Positions 1-8,509 of a DNA stretch of 64,000 nt are shown here, in pieces. The notes beneath the pieces were generated by a model that saw only the letters and a program-made list of their open reading frames with translations, was not told the origin of the DNA and made no database searches. Numbering within the stretch: position 1 is the first letter of the stretch; each line of letters opens with the position of its first letter. Both the position numbers and the translations under genes were made by a program. Source of the DNA: an uncultured Acidimicrobiia bacterium (GTDB lineage Bacteria; Actinomycetota; Acidimicrobiia; Spongiisociales; UBA11373); the NCBI GenBank assembly GCA_963796115.1, contig CAWCKE010000006.1:24409-88408 (forward strand), in the 5' to 3' direction.

Positions 1-590
1 GCTCATGACGCAGATCAGGGGCTCCATCGCCAACGGCCAGGTGATCCTCTCCCTGGCGGCCGGTGTGCCCACCCGCGCCTACGAGAGCGCCTTCGGCGAG
101 GTGGCGGTGGTCCGGGCGATGCCCAACACCCCGGCGCAGTTCAACGAGGCCATCACCGCCTACTGCGTCGGCCGCTACGCCGGCCCGGAGGCGGTGCGCA
201 GCGCCGTCGAGGTGCTCTCCTCGGTGGGCCAGACCATCGCCCTCGACGAGCACCTGCTCGACGCCGTGACGGCGGTGTCGGGCACCGGCCCGGCCTACAT
301 GTTCCTCCTCGCCGAGGCCCTCATCGAAGCGGCCATCCGCGAGGGCATCCCCCGGCACGCGGCCGAGCGTCTGGTGAAGCAGACCGTGCGGGGGTCGGGG
401 GTGCTGCTCGCCGGCCTGGACGGCCAGCCCCGAGCACCTGCGGGCCCAGGTCACCTCGCCCGGCGGCACCACCGCCGCCGCGGTCCACGTGCTGGAGGAG
501 CGCGGCTTCCGCGCCCTGGTGGAGGACGCGGTGCAGGCGGCGGCCGAGCGCTCGCGTGAGCTGGGCCGCCGGGTCGAGGAGCTCCTGTGA
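1..590 (+). pseudogene. proC: pyrroline-5-carboxylate reductase, 5' end outside window; frame broken by one extra C at 428-431
   Basis: ORF 5..559 carries VRAMPNTPA and SGTGPAYMFLLAEAL. The conserved C-terminus PEHLRAQVTSPGGTTAAAVHVLEERGF...VEELL* is read in the next frame from about 430 to TGA 588-590. Confidence 0.85.
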
Positions 591-612
591 TCCGTGCCGG
601 GAGGCCGGCCCG

Positions 613-1524
613 GTGAGCCTGCTGGGCCGTCTGGTGCTGATGGTCACCGGCTGGGGGCCGGTGCGGCGGATGTTCACCAGCGGGCGCTGGGGCCGCCGGG
701 TGGCCATGCGCTTCGTGGCCGGGGAGACCCTGGACGAGGCGGTGGCGGTGGCGCGGGACCTCAACGCCCAAGGATTCCTGGTCTCCCTCGACCTGCTCGG
801 CGAGCACGTCACCGACGCCGCCCTGGCGTCCCAGTCGGCGGCGGACTACGGGGTCTGCCTCGATCGCATCCAGGCGGAGGGACTGGACGCCAACATCTCC
901 GTGAAGCTGACCCAGCTGGGCCTCGGGCTCGACGACGGGCTGGCCGAGCGCTTCCTGGGCGAGCTGGCCACCCGGGCGGCGGCGGCGGGGACGACGGTGA
1001 CGGTGGACATGGAGGAGAGCGCCCTCACCGAGGTCACCCTCGACCTGTACTGCCGGGCCCAGGCGGAGCACGGGAACCTGGGGCTGGCCCTGCAGGCCGC
1101 CTTGCACCGCACCCCGGCCGACCTGGCGCGGGTGCTGCCCCTCGGCGGGCACATCCGCCTGTGCAAGGGGGCCTACGACGAGCCGGCCGAGGTGGCGCTG
1201 CGGCGGCGCGATCAGGTGACCGCCGCCTACGCGTCGCTGCTGGCGCGAGTTGATGGCCTGCGAGGGGGTGCGCCCGGCGGTGGCCACTCACGACGCCGGC
1301 TGGTGGCCCGGGCCCGGGAGCTGGCCCGGCGCCGGCAGCAGCCGTTCGAGTTCCAGATGCTCTACGGCATCCGTTTCTCGCTGCAGGCGGAGCTGGTGGC
1401 GGCGGGCTTCCCGGTCCGCGTGTACGTCCCCTACGGGGTGGCCTGGTACCCCTACCTGACCCGGCGGCTGGCCGAGCGGCCGTCCAACGTGTGGTTCTTC
1501 GCCCGTGCCTTCTTCGGGCACTGA
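613..1524 (+). pseudogene. monofunctional proline dehydrogenase with two compensating frame breaks (about 1243-1250 and 1295-1303)
   Basis: FVAGETLDEAV, SLDLLGE, CKGAYDEP, FEFQMLYG and WYPYLTRRLAERPSNVWFF are all in frame. The conserved PAVATHDAG block appears only in the alternate frame (ORF 1250..1459) for about 50 nt. GTG 613 chosen as start, 23 nt after the proC stop. Confidence 0.85.
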
Positions 1525-1577
1525 GTCGATCGCCCGCGTCGCTCGCTCGCCGTGGATCCCAATCTAGAGTGACCGGC

Positions 1578-2882
1578 ATGACCCGCCGTCTGCTCGTCCT
1601 GTTGTCCCTGACCGCCGTGCTACTCGCCGTGGCCCTGCCCGCGGCAGCCCAGACCCCCGACGAGGTGGCGAGCGAGGTGGCCGACCGCGGCTACTGGATC
1701 GATCCTTCCCTTCCGGCCGACGAAGACGACATCTCGGCGGCGGTGGCCGCCGCCGGCAACGCCGGGGTCCGCCTGTTCGTGGTGCTGCTCGACGAAGACC
1801 CGGCGGGCGGGGCCACCACCTTCGCCGACGCGGTGCTCGACCGCATCGGCGACGGGACGGTGTTGGTGCTGTCGGACAGCGCGGAGGGCATGGTCTCGCT
1901 GGACTTCGACCGGGACCAGATCGAGGCGGCGCTCGACGCCGGCTACGACGCCGGGGGAGGGGACGTCGGCTACGTGAACGCGGTGATCGGCTCGCTCACC
2001 GGCACCCCGGTCGACCCCGGCAACGGCGACGGCACCGGCGGCGAAGCCTCCGGCGGCGGCAGCAAGACGGGGCTCATCGTGCTGCTGGTGGTGATGGGCG
2101 GGCTGGTGCTGCTCGTGATCTGGGCCGTGCGGCGCCAGGGCAAGGCCGCCACGGCCGGCCGGCAGCGCTCCCTGGAGGAGGCCCGGCGGGAGATCAAGTC
2201 CCAGCTCGACGCCATGGCGAACACCATCCTCGAGATCACCGACAAGGTCTCCCTCTCGGACTCGCGCGAGGACAACACCTACCTGGAGCAGGCGGGAACG
2301 ACCTACACCGAAGCCTCCGAGGCCTACGAGAGCGCGACCGACCTGGCCCGGCTCGAGGAGATCTCCGACCGGCTCGACGAGGCGCGCTGGCAGCTCGATG
2401 CGGCGGCGGCCCTGGCCGAGGGCAAGCCGGTGCCGGCCAAGCCGACGGCCGAGGAGCGTGCCGCCTGCTTCTTCGACCCCACGCACGCCGGGCCATTCGA
2501 GGACGCCGAGGTGCGCACCGCGGCCGGCAACAAGACGGTGCGGGTGTGCACGGCCGACGCCGCGAAGCTGCGCCGGGGAGAGCAGCCCGACACCCGCATG
2601 ATCGAGGTGGGGGGACGGGACGTCCCGGCCGCCCAGGCCCCCAAGTCCTACGGCGGCGGAGGCCTGGACTGGCTCGACCTGTTCGCGGTGATCGTCGGCG
2701 GCATGGGGGCCGGGCGCTCCTTCGACTGGGGCAGCCGGGGGACCTCGGGCTCGGGGACCTGGGGGCGGGGCAGCGGCTCCGGCGGCTGGGGCTCGGGGTC
2801 GTCGCGGCGGATCCCCTCGGGCGGCGGCTCGGCTCCGCGGATGCGGGCCCGGGTGGGTCACATCCGCATGCGGCGCCGCTGA
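1578..2882 (+). CDS. single-pass membrane protein: signal peptide, TPM-like extracytoplasmic domain, cytoplasmic coiled/Cys-containing region and Gly-Ser-Trp-rich tail
   Basis: ATG 1578 (GTG 1569 is an alternative). Signal peptide LLVLLSLTAVLLAVALPAAAQ and TM helix GLIVLLVVMGGLVLLVIWAV. Cytoplasmic part contains CFFDPTHAGPF...VRVCTAD. High GC3 throughout. The domain family assignment is tentative. Confidence 0.6.
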   Translation: MTRRLLVLLSLTAVLLAVALPAAAQTPDEVASEVADRGYWIDPSLPADEDDISAAVAAAGNAGVRLFVVLLDEDPAGGATTFADAVLDRIGDGTVLVLSDSAEGMVSLDFDRDQIEAALDAGYDAGGGDVGYVNAVIGSLTGTPVDPGNGDGTGGEASGGGSKTGLIVLLVVMGGLVLLVIWAVRRQGKAATAGRQRSLEEARREIKSQLDAMANTILEITDKVSLSDSREDNTYLEQAGTTYTEASEAYESATDLARLEEISDRLDEARWQLDAAAALAEGKPVPAKPTAEERAACFFDPTHAGPFEDAEVRTAAGNKTVRVCTADAAKLRRGEQPDTRMIEVGGRDVPAAQAPKSYGGGGLDWLDLFAVIVGGMGAGRSFDWGSRGTSGSGTWGRGSGSGGWGSGSSRRIPSGGGSAPRMRARVGHIRMRRR

Positions 2883-2963
2883 GCACCGCGGCGGGCCGGA
2901 AGGCCTGTGGCCCGGGTGACGGCGCCTCCCTACACTGAGTGAACCCGAGAGAGAAGGACACCT

Positions 2964-3686
2964 ATGGGGTTTCTCAAGCGCCTCTGGGGATACATCAAGG
3001 CCCTGTTCCGCAGCAAGACAGAGGCCATGATGGATCCCGAGATCGAGATAGAGCAGGCCATCACGGAGGCGCGCCAGCGCGACCAGGCACTGCGCAACCA
3101 GGCGGCCAAGGTGGTTGCCCACCGTACGCAGCTGGAGAGCCAGATCGAGCGGGCCGCCGGAGACGCCGGTGAGGCGCGGGAGCTGGCCAAGCAGGCCCTT
3201 CTCAAGGCGCAAGCGGCCACCACCGCCGGGGACGCGGCCGGCACCGACAAGTGGAATCGCTCCGCCCAGGGCATCGCGATGCGGCTGCAGGCGGCCGAGA
3301 ACAACCTCAACTCGCTCAAGGGCCAGTTCGAGACTGCCGCCACTCAGGCGGAGAACGCCAAGCGGGCGGTTCAGCAGAACGCCATGCGGCTGCAGGAGCT
3401 GGCCGCCAAGCGCATGGAGCTGCTCGGCTCGCTGCAGCAGGCCAAGATGCAGGAGTCGGTCAACCAGGCCATGGAGTCGCTGTCGGCCACCTTCGACGAC
3501 GAGGCGGTCAGCCTCGACAAGGTGGAGGACAAGATCGAGTCCCGGCGGGCGGAGGCCATGGCCCACGCCGAGTTGCGCGAGGCCACCCCGGAGGGCGCCG
3601 AGATGGAGCTGCGGGAGACCATCTCCGTGGCCCAGGCCGATGCCAAGTTGGACGAGCTGAAGAAGGAACTGGGCATCACCGGCTGA
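2964..3686 (+). CDS. pspA: PspA/IM30 (Vipp1) family membrane-stress protein
   Basis: 240 aa all-helical sequence beginning MGFLKRLWGYIKALF with long heptad-like Q/A/E/R-rich stretches. RBS gagaagga lies upstream of the ATG, with a TACACT -10-like hexamer at 2931-2936. A hairpin follows the stop. Confidence 0.9.
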   Translation: MGFLKRLWGYIKALFRSKTEAMMDPEIEIEQAITEARQRDQALRNQAAKVVAHRTQLESQIERAAGDAGEARELAKQALLKAQAATTAGDAAGTDKWNRSAQGIAMRLQAAENNLNSLKGQFETAATQAENAKRAVQQNAMRLQELAAKRMELLGSLQQAKMQESVNQAMESLSATFDDEAVSLDKVEDKIESRRAEAMAHAELREATPEGAEMELRETISVAQADAKLDELKKELGITG

Positions 3687-3706
3687 CGTTCTCTTCCTCT
3701 GAAGTG

Positions 3707-3736
3707 CCTCCCCCGGCCCCCTCGGGCCGGGGGAGG
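3707..3736 (+). terminator. GC-rich hairpin after pspA (13-bp perfect stem, 4-nt loop)
   Basis: cctcccccggccc / cctc / gggccgggggagg, starting 21 nt after the pspA stop. There is no U-tract, which is usual for high-GC actinobacterial terminators. Confidence 0.55.
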
Positions 3737-3847
3737 CGCGCCCGGAGGGCGCGGTGGGGGCTTCGTCCTGGTCGTTGCGGGCCCGGCCGCGAGGCCGGGC
3801 CCGCAGGTCTCCTCGGGCCGGGGGAGGCGCGCCCGGAGGGCGCGGTG
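3721..3847. repeat. 36-nt perfect direct repeat (3721-3756 and 3812-3847), each copy containing the small hairpin cgcgccc-gga-gggcgcg
   Basis: ctcgggccgggggaggcgcgcccggagggcgcggtg occurs twice, 91 nt apart, with similar flanks (ggggcttcgtcc / aggggcttccttgc). A 12-bp hairpin gcgggcccggcc-gcga-ggccgggcccgc lies between the copies. Confidence 0.8.
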
Positions 3848-3940
3848 AGGGGCTTCCTTGCTCTCCCGCGCGGGCGGGGAGGAAGGTCCTCGGCGTCCGC
3901 TGTGGCGGGGGAACGTGTGCTCCCCTCTGGCCTGCGGGGC

Positions 3941-4006
3941 CCGCCCTCTCCCGCTGGCGCGGACCTTGTGGAAGCCCTCACCCCCCGCCCTCTCCCGCTG
4001 GCGCGG
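3941..4006. repeat. 22-nt perfect direct repeat (3941-3962 and 3985-4006)
   Basis: ccgccctctcccgctggcgcgg occurs twice, 44 nt apart, in the 393-nt gap between pspA and the Fe-S oxidoreductase gene. Confidence 0.8.
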
Positions 4007-4079
4007 GGAGGGAGCCCGGCCCGGTCGAGCCTCACGGACCGCTCTCTAGACTCGGGGCCAGTCTCGAGGGAAAGGCAGA

Positions 4080-6225
4080 ATGAAGCTCCCGCGCGTGAAG
4101 ATCTCGCACCTGCTGCTGGTCGCGGTGGCCCTCATGTTCCTCTTCGTCATGCTGTTGTGGTTCCTGGGCTCATTGCCCGACGAACCCCATCCCGAGATCG
4201 GGCGGGTGATCTTCGGCAACATCCCCAAGGCCCTGGTCGCCATCTTCTACATCGGCGCCGGCCTGACCCTGGCCCTGGCCGCCTACCTCTTCTACCAGCG
4301 GGGGCGCAACTGGGAGCGGGGGGCGGCGGACCACCGGCTGGGGCGCTGGGGCCAGCGCATGTGGGAGTTCCTCCGCGGGGTCTCCATGTTGTCGGTGCTG
4401 GAGGATCGGGCGGCCGGCGTGATGCACGCGATGATCTTCTTCGGCTTCGTGGTCCTGTTCCTGGGAACGGCCACCCTGGAGCTCGACCACCTGCTCCCCA
4501 ACAACCTCAAGTACCTGGAGGGCGGGTTCTACCAGGGCTTCTCGTTCGTGCTCGATGTGGCCGGCCTGGTCTTCATCGCCGGCGTGGTGTGGGCGGCATT
4601 GCGCCGCTACCTGTTCCCGCCGCTGCGCATCCGGATGAAGACCAAGCCCGAGGACGCCTGGATCCTGTTCATCCTGGCGATGATCGGGATCACGGGCCTG
4701 CTGGTCGAGGCCGCCCGTCTGAGCCTGGAGGGCCGCCCGGACTACGAGGTCTGGTCCTTCGCCGGCTGGTACCTGTCCTACCTGTTCCCGCAGGGCTCGG
4801 CGAGCCTCGCCCACCAGATCGCCTGGGTGGTGCATGCCCTCTCCTTCTCCGCCTTCTGCCGTGGTGTTGCCGGTCACCAAGCTGCGCCACGTCCTCACCT
4901 CGCCGGTGAACATGGCGCTCGCCCCCCGGGCGCGCCCGAAGGGGGCCATGCGGGAGATGCCGAACCTGCTCGAGGCCACCGACATCGAGACGGTCGGGGC
5001 CTCCAAGGTGGGCGAGTTCACCTGGAAGCAGCTCTACGACACCGACGCCTGCACCATCTGCGGGCGCTGCACCTCGGTGTGCCCGGCCAGCCACACGGGC
5101 AAGCCCCTCGACCCTCGGGAGATCGTGCTCAAGCTGGGCGAGGTCATGGCCCGCAGCGGCTCGCCGGTGGTGTCGCCGCCGGTGGGAGTGGACGCCGAGA
5201 TCAGCGTGACCTCGGACTCGGTGTTCGAGCGGATCACCGCGGCCGAGCTGTGGGCCTGCACCACCTGCCGGGCCTGCGAGCAGGTCTGCCCGGTGGACAT
5301 CGAGATCCTCGACAAGATCCTCGACATGCGCCGCTACCTGGCGCTCATGGAGTCGGACTTCCCCAGCCAACTGGGCAACGCCTTCATCAGCATGGAGAAC
5401 TCCTCCAACCCGTACGGGATGAGCCAGAAGGACCGGGCCGCCTGGACCCGGGAGGTGGACTTCCCGGTGAAGATCCTCGGCGAGCCGGGCGTGACGGCGG
5501 AGTACCTCTACTGGGTGGGCTGCGCCGGCTCGTTCGACGACCGCAACCGGAAGGTGACCCTGGCCACCGCCCGCCTGCTGCACAAGGCCGGGGTGGACTT
5601 CGCCATCCTGGGGCCGCGGGAGCTGTGCACCGGCGACCCGGCGCGGCGGGCCGGCAACGAGTACCTGTTCCAGTCGCTGGCACTGCAGAACATCGCCACC
5701 CTGAACGAGGCCGGGGTGACCAAGATCATCGCCCAGTGCCCGCACTGCTTCAACACCCTGGCCAACGAGTACCCCCAGTACGGGGGCAACTACCAGGTGG
5801 TCCACCACAGCCAGCTGCTGATGAGCCTGATCAAGGAAGGCCGACTGCAGCCGGCGAACAAGGCCAACGGCAAGGTCACCTTCCACGACCCGTGCTATCT
5901 GGGGCGGCACAACGACGAGTTCGCCGCCCCGCGGCAGGTGGTGCAGGCCTCCGGCGGCCGGCTGGTGGAGATGGGGCGCAACAAGCAGCGCTCCTTCTGC
6001 TGCGGGGCCGGCGGGGCACAGATGTGGATGGAGGAGCACACCGGCAAGAAGATCAACATCGAGCGCACCGAGGAGGCCCTGGCCACCGGGGCGCCGACGA
6101 TCGCCACCGGGTGCCCCTTCTGCTACATCATGCTCGACGACGGGGTCAAGGACCTGGGCCGCGAAGAGGACGTGACGGTCAAGGACGTGGCGATGATCCT
6201 GGCGGAGCGGGTCCTCGGCGGCTGA
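4080..6225 (+). pseudogene. membrane-anchored (Fe-S)-binding oxidoreductase, HdrD/GlpC-like with two CCG domains (Rv0338c-like); one extra base near 4855-4860
   Basis: The N-terminal multi-TM domain (ORF 4080..) runs to HALSFSAF. Sequence continues in ORF 4834..6225 with AVVLPVTKLRH, two 4Fe-4S motifs (CTICGRCTSVCP, CTTCRACEQVCP) and two Cys-rich CCG-type modules (CPHCFNTL, CCGAGG, GCPFC). Total length 2146 = 1 mod 3. Confidence 0.85.
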
Positions 6226-6286
6226 GCGTCAAGTCGGGGCCGGATCCTGCCGAAGACGTCGCGAACCGATCTCGAGGAGTCGAGCG

Positions 6287-6466
6287 ATGAAGTGCGTCCG
6301 CTGTGGAGCCGTGGCCGAGGTAGCGCGCGGGCTGGACTGGCTCTGCGGCAGCTGCGCCCTGGACCACGACTGGGGGGAGATCATCGCCATCGCCCAGGAG
6401 GCCGTCGCCGCCGGCAACCGGGGCACGGCGCCCCCCGCGCCCCCTCCCCTGCAGGCCACGGCCTAG
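6287..6466 (+). CDS. 59-aa zinc-ribbon-like small protein (CxxC...CxxC), absent from the ORF track
   Basis: ATG 6287 is preceded by GAGGAG 8 nt upstream. Product MKCVRCGAVAEVARGLDWLCGSCALDHDWGEIIAIAQEAVAAGNRG... Third codon positions are almost all G/C, as in neighbouring genes. TAG at 6464-6466. Confidence 0.45.
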   Translation: MKCVRCGAVAEVARGLDWLCGSCALDHDWGEIIAIAQEAVAAGNRGTAPPAPPPLQATA

Positions 6467-6621
6467 GGGCGCTGCGCGAGCCTCGACCGGTCGCCCGGCG
6501 ATCGCCCGGGCGGTCAGCCCTCGACCGCGCCGGTGTGGCCGCCGACGAGGGCGCCGAGGGTCGTCCCGCCGATTTCCGCGGCTCCTGTGGATAAGTCCGC
6601 TACGGTGACGGAAGGCCGCAG

Positions 6622-7509
6622 GTGGAGACGCGCGTGTCTACAGAGACTGCCTCATTCGGTGCCGGGAAGCGGGAGGGACACGACTCCCGGCGTTTCTATG
6701 CCCGCCGCATGCTCCACGGGCCCACGCCGATCCGCACCGGCGAGCCGGTCACCCCGCCCGCCGAGGTGCTGGATCGCCTCATCTGCCACTCGTCGGAGTC
6801 CATGGGGGAACTGCCCGACGGCTGTGTCTCGCTGATGGTCACCTCGCCCCCGTACAACGTGGGCAAGGACTACGACGTGGACCTGAGCCTCGAGGAGTAC
6901 CTCGGCCTGCTGCGCCGGGTGCTGACCGAGACCTACCGGGTGCTGGAGCCGGGGGGAAGAGCGGCGGTGAACGTGGCCAACCTGGGCCGTCGCCCCTACC
7001 TCGCCCTCAACCACCGGGTAGCCGCCCTGCTCGAGGAGATCGGGTTCCTGCTGCGGGGGGAGATCGTCTGGCAGAAGGCCCAGGGGGCCGCCGGCTCCTG
7101 CGCCTGGGGGTCTTGGCGCTCGGCGCGCAACCCCACCCTGCGCGACGTCCACGAGTACGTAGTGGTGGCCAGCAAGGGCACGTTCCGCCGCCAGCGCCTC
7201 GGGGAGGACACCATCTCCCGCCAGGACTTCCTGGACGCCACCGTGTCGGTGTGGAGCATCGCCCCCGCCTCGGCGCGCCGCATCGGCCACCCGGCCCCTT
7301 TCCCCGTCGAGCTCCCCCGCCGGCTCATCGAGCTGTACACCTTCCGCGGGGACCTGGTCCTCGACCCCTTCATGGGGTCGGGCTCCACCGCGGTGGCCGC
7401 TCTCGAGAGCGGGCGGCATTTCGTGGGCTACGAGACCGAGGCCGGCTACCTGGAGATCGCCCGGGCCCGCATCGCCTCCGCCGGCGGGCAAGTCCTCGTC
7501 GGCCGGTAG
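6622..7509 (+). CDS. beta-class N4/N6 DNA methyltransferase with SPPY catalytic motif (predicted m4C), no adjacent restriction enzyme
   Basis: Motif IV LMVTSPPYNVGKDYD precedes motif I LVLDPFMGSGSTAVAA, which is the beta-class order. HPAPFPVELPRRLI is also present. GTG 6622 is the first in-frame start. Confidence 0.85.
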   Translation: METRVSTETASFGAGKREGHDSRRFYARRMLHGPTPIRTGEPVTPPAEVLDRLICHSSESMGELPDGCVSLMVTSPPYNVGKDYDVDLSLEEYLGLLRRVLTETYRVLEPGGRAAVNVANLGRRPYLALNHRVAALLEEIGFLLRGEIVWQKAQGAAGSCAWGSWRSARNPTLRDVHEYVVVASKGTFRRQRLGEDTISRQDFLDATVSVWSIAPASARRIGHPAPFPVELPRRLIELYTFRGDLVLDPFMGSGSTAVAALESGRHFVGYETEAGYLEIARARIASAGGQVLVGR

Positions 7510-7595
7510 CGGGGCACCCTTCCGGGGTTCTGGAGCCGGGTGTGCCGCGGCCCCGAATGGGCGGCCCTTTCGAAGTCATGATGCCGGTCCCGCGT

Positions 7596-7601
7596 TAGGG
7601 T
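7596..7601 (+). promoter_or_regulatory. possible -10 hexamer (TAGGGT) for a leaderless ABC transporter transcript
   Basis: A TANNNT hexamer ends 8 nt before GTG 7610, and no Shine-Dalgarno sequence lies upstream of that start. Confidence 0.25.
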
Positions 7602-7609
7602 TATCCCTC

Positions 7610-8509
7610 GTGGAAAGCGTCATTCGCCTGGAAGGGCTCACCAAGTCCTACGGCCGCCACCGCGGGGTGGCCGATCTCGACCTGGACGTCTACCCCGGGG
7701 AGGTGTTCGGCTACCTGGGCCCCAACGGGGCGGGGAAGACCACCACCATCCGGGTGCTCCTCGACCTGATCCGCCCCACCCGGGGCCGGGCGGTGGTCCT
7801 CGGGGGCGACCCCCGGGCCGACGGGACCCGGCTGCGCCGGGAGGTGGGCTACCTGGCCGGCGACCCCGCCCTCTACCGGAAGATGACCGGCCGGCAGCTG
7901 CTCACCTACCTGGGCCACCTGCGCGGCATGCCCGCCCTCGGCCCGGCCGAGGAACTGGCCGAGCGCCTGGAACTCGACCTGGAGCGCCCCATCGGCGACC
8001 TGTCGCGGGGCAACCGCCAGAAGGTGGCGGTGGTGCAGGCCTTCATGCACCATCCCCGCCTGCTCATCCTCGACGAGCCCACGGCCGGCCTCGACCCGCT
8101 GATGCAGCGGGAGTTCTACCGCATGGTGGCCGAGGCGAAGGCCGAGGGCCGCACGGTGTTCCTCTCCTCGCACGTGCTGTCGGAAGTGGAGCGCATCGCC
8201 GACCGTGTGGGCATCGTGCGGGAAGGGCGCCTGGTCGTGGTGGAGGGCCTGGAGGAGCTCAAAGCCAAGGCGTTGCGCCGGCTGGAGATCCACTTCGCCG
8301 GGCCGGTCCCCCGGGAGGAGTTCGCGTCCCTGCCCGGGGTCCGGGACGTGGTGGTGGAGGACAGCGTGCTCACCTGCACCGCGGTGGGGTCCATCGACCG
8401 TCTGGTGAAGGCCGCCGCCCGGTACGAGGTCGTCAACCTGGTCAGCCACGAGGCCGACCTGGAGGAATTGTTCCTGCGCTACTACGAGGGGACGGGCGAT
8501 GCTGCGTAG
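7610..8509 (+). CDS. ABC transporter ATP-binding protein (ABC-2 type exporter)
   Basis: Walker A GPNGAGKTT, signature LSRGNRQKV, Walker B LLILDEPTAGLD. Overlaps the downstream permease gene. Confidence 0.9.
   Translation: MESVIRLEGLTKSYGRHRGVADLDLDVYPGEVFGYLGPNGAGKTTTIRVLLDLIRPTRGRAVVLGGDPRADGTRLRREVGYLAGDPALYRKMTGRQLLTYLGHLRGMPALGPAEELAERLELDLERPIGDLSRGNRQKVAVVQAFMHHPRLLILDEPTAGLDPLMQREFYRMVAEAKAEGRTVFLSSHVLSEVERIADRVGIVREGRLVVVEGLEELKAKALRRLEIHFAGPVPREEFASLPGVRDVVVEDSVLTCTAVGSIDRLVKAAARYEVVNLVSHEADLEELFLRYYEGTGDAA

Noticed and set aside
1620-3566. Very long alternate-frame and antisense ORFs, such as 1620..3566(-), 23944..26628(-), 24597..27191(+), 28710..31340(-), 47575..50517(-), 33076..35637(-) and 12048..14093(-) upstream part.
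   Set aside because: Their translations are Arg/Pro/Gly/Ala-rich and low-complexity. They overlap genes with clear conserved motifs on the other strand or frame. Stop-free shadow ORFs like these are expected at this GC content.
3721-4006. Direct repeats that might suggest a CRISPR array.
   Set aside because: Each repeat has only two copies, the two pairs have different repeat sequences, the spacing is irregular, and no cas genes are present. They are GC-rich hairpin modules.
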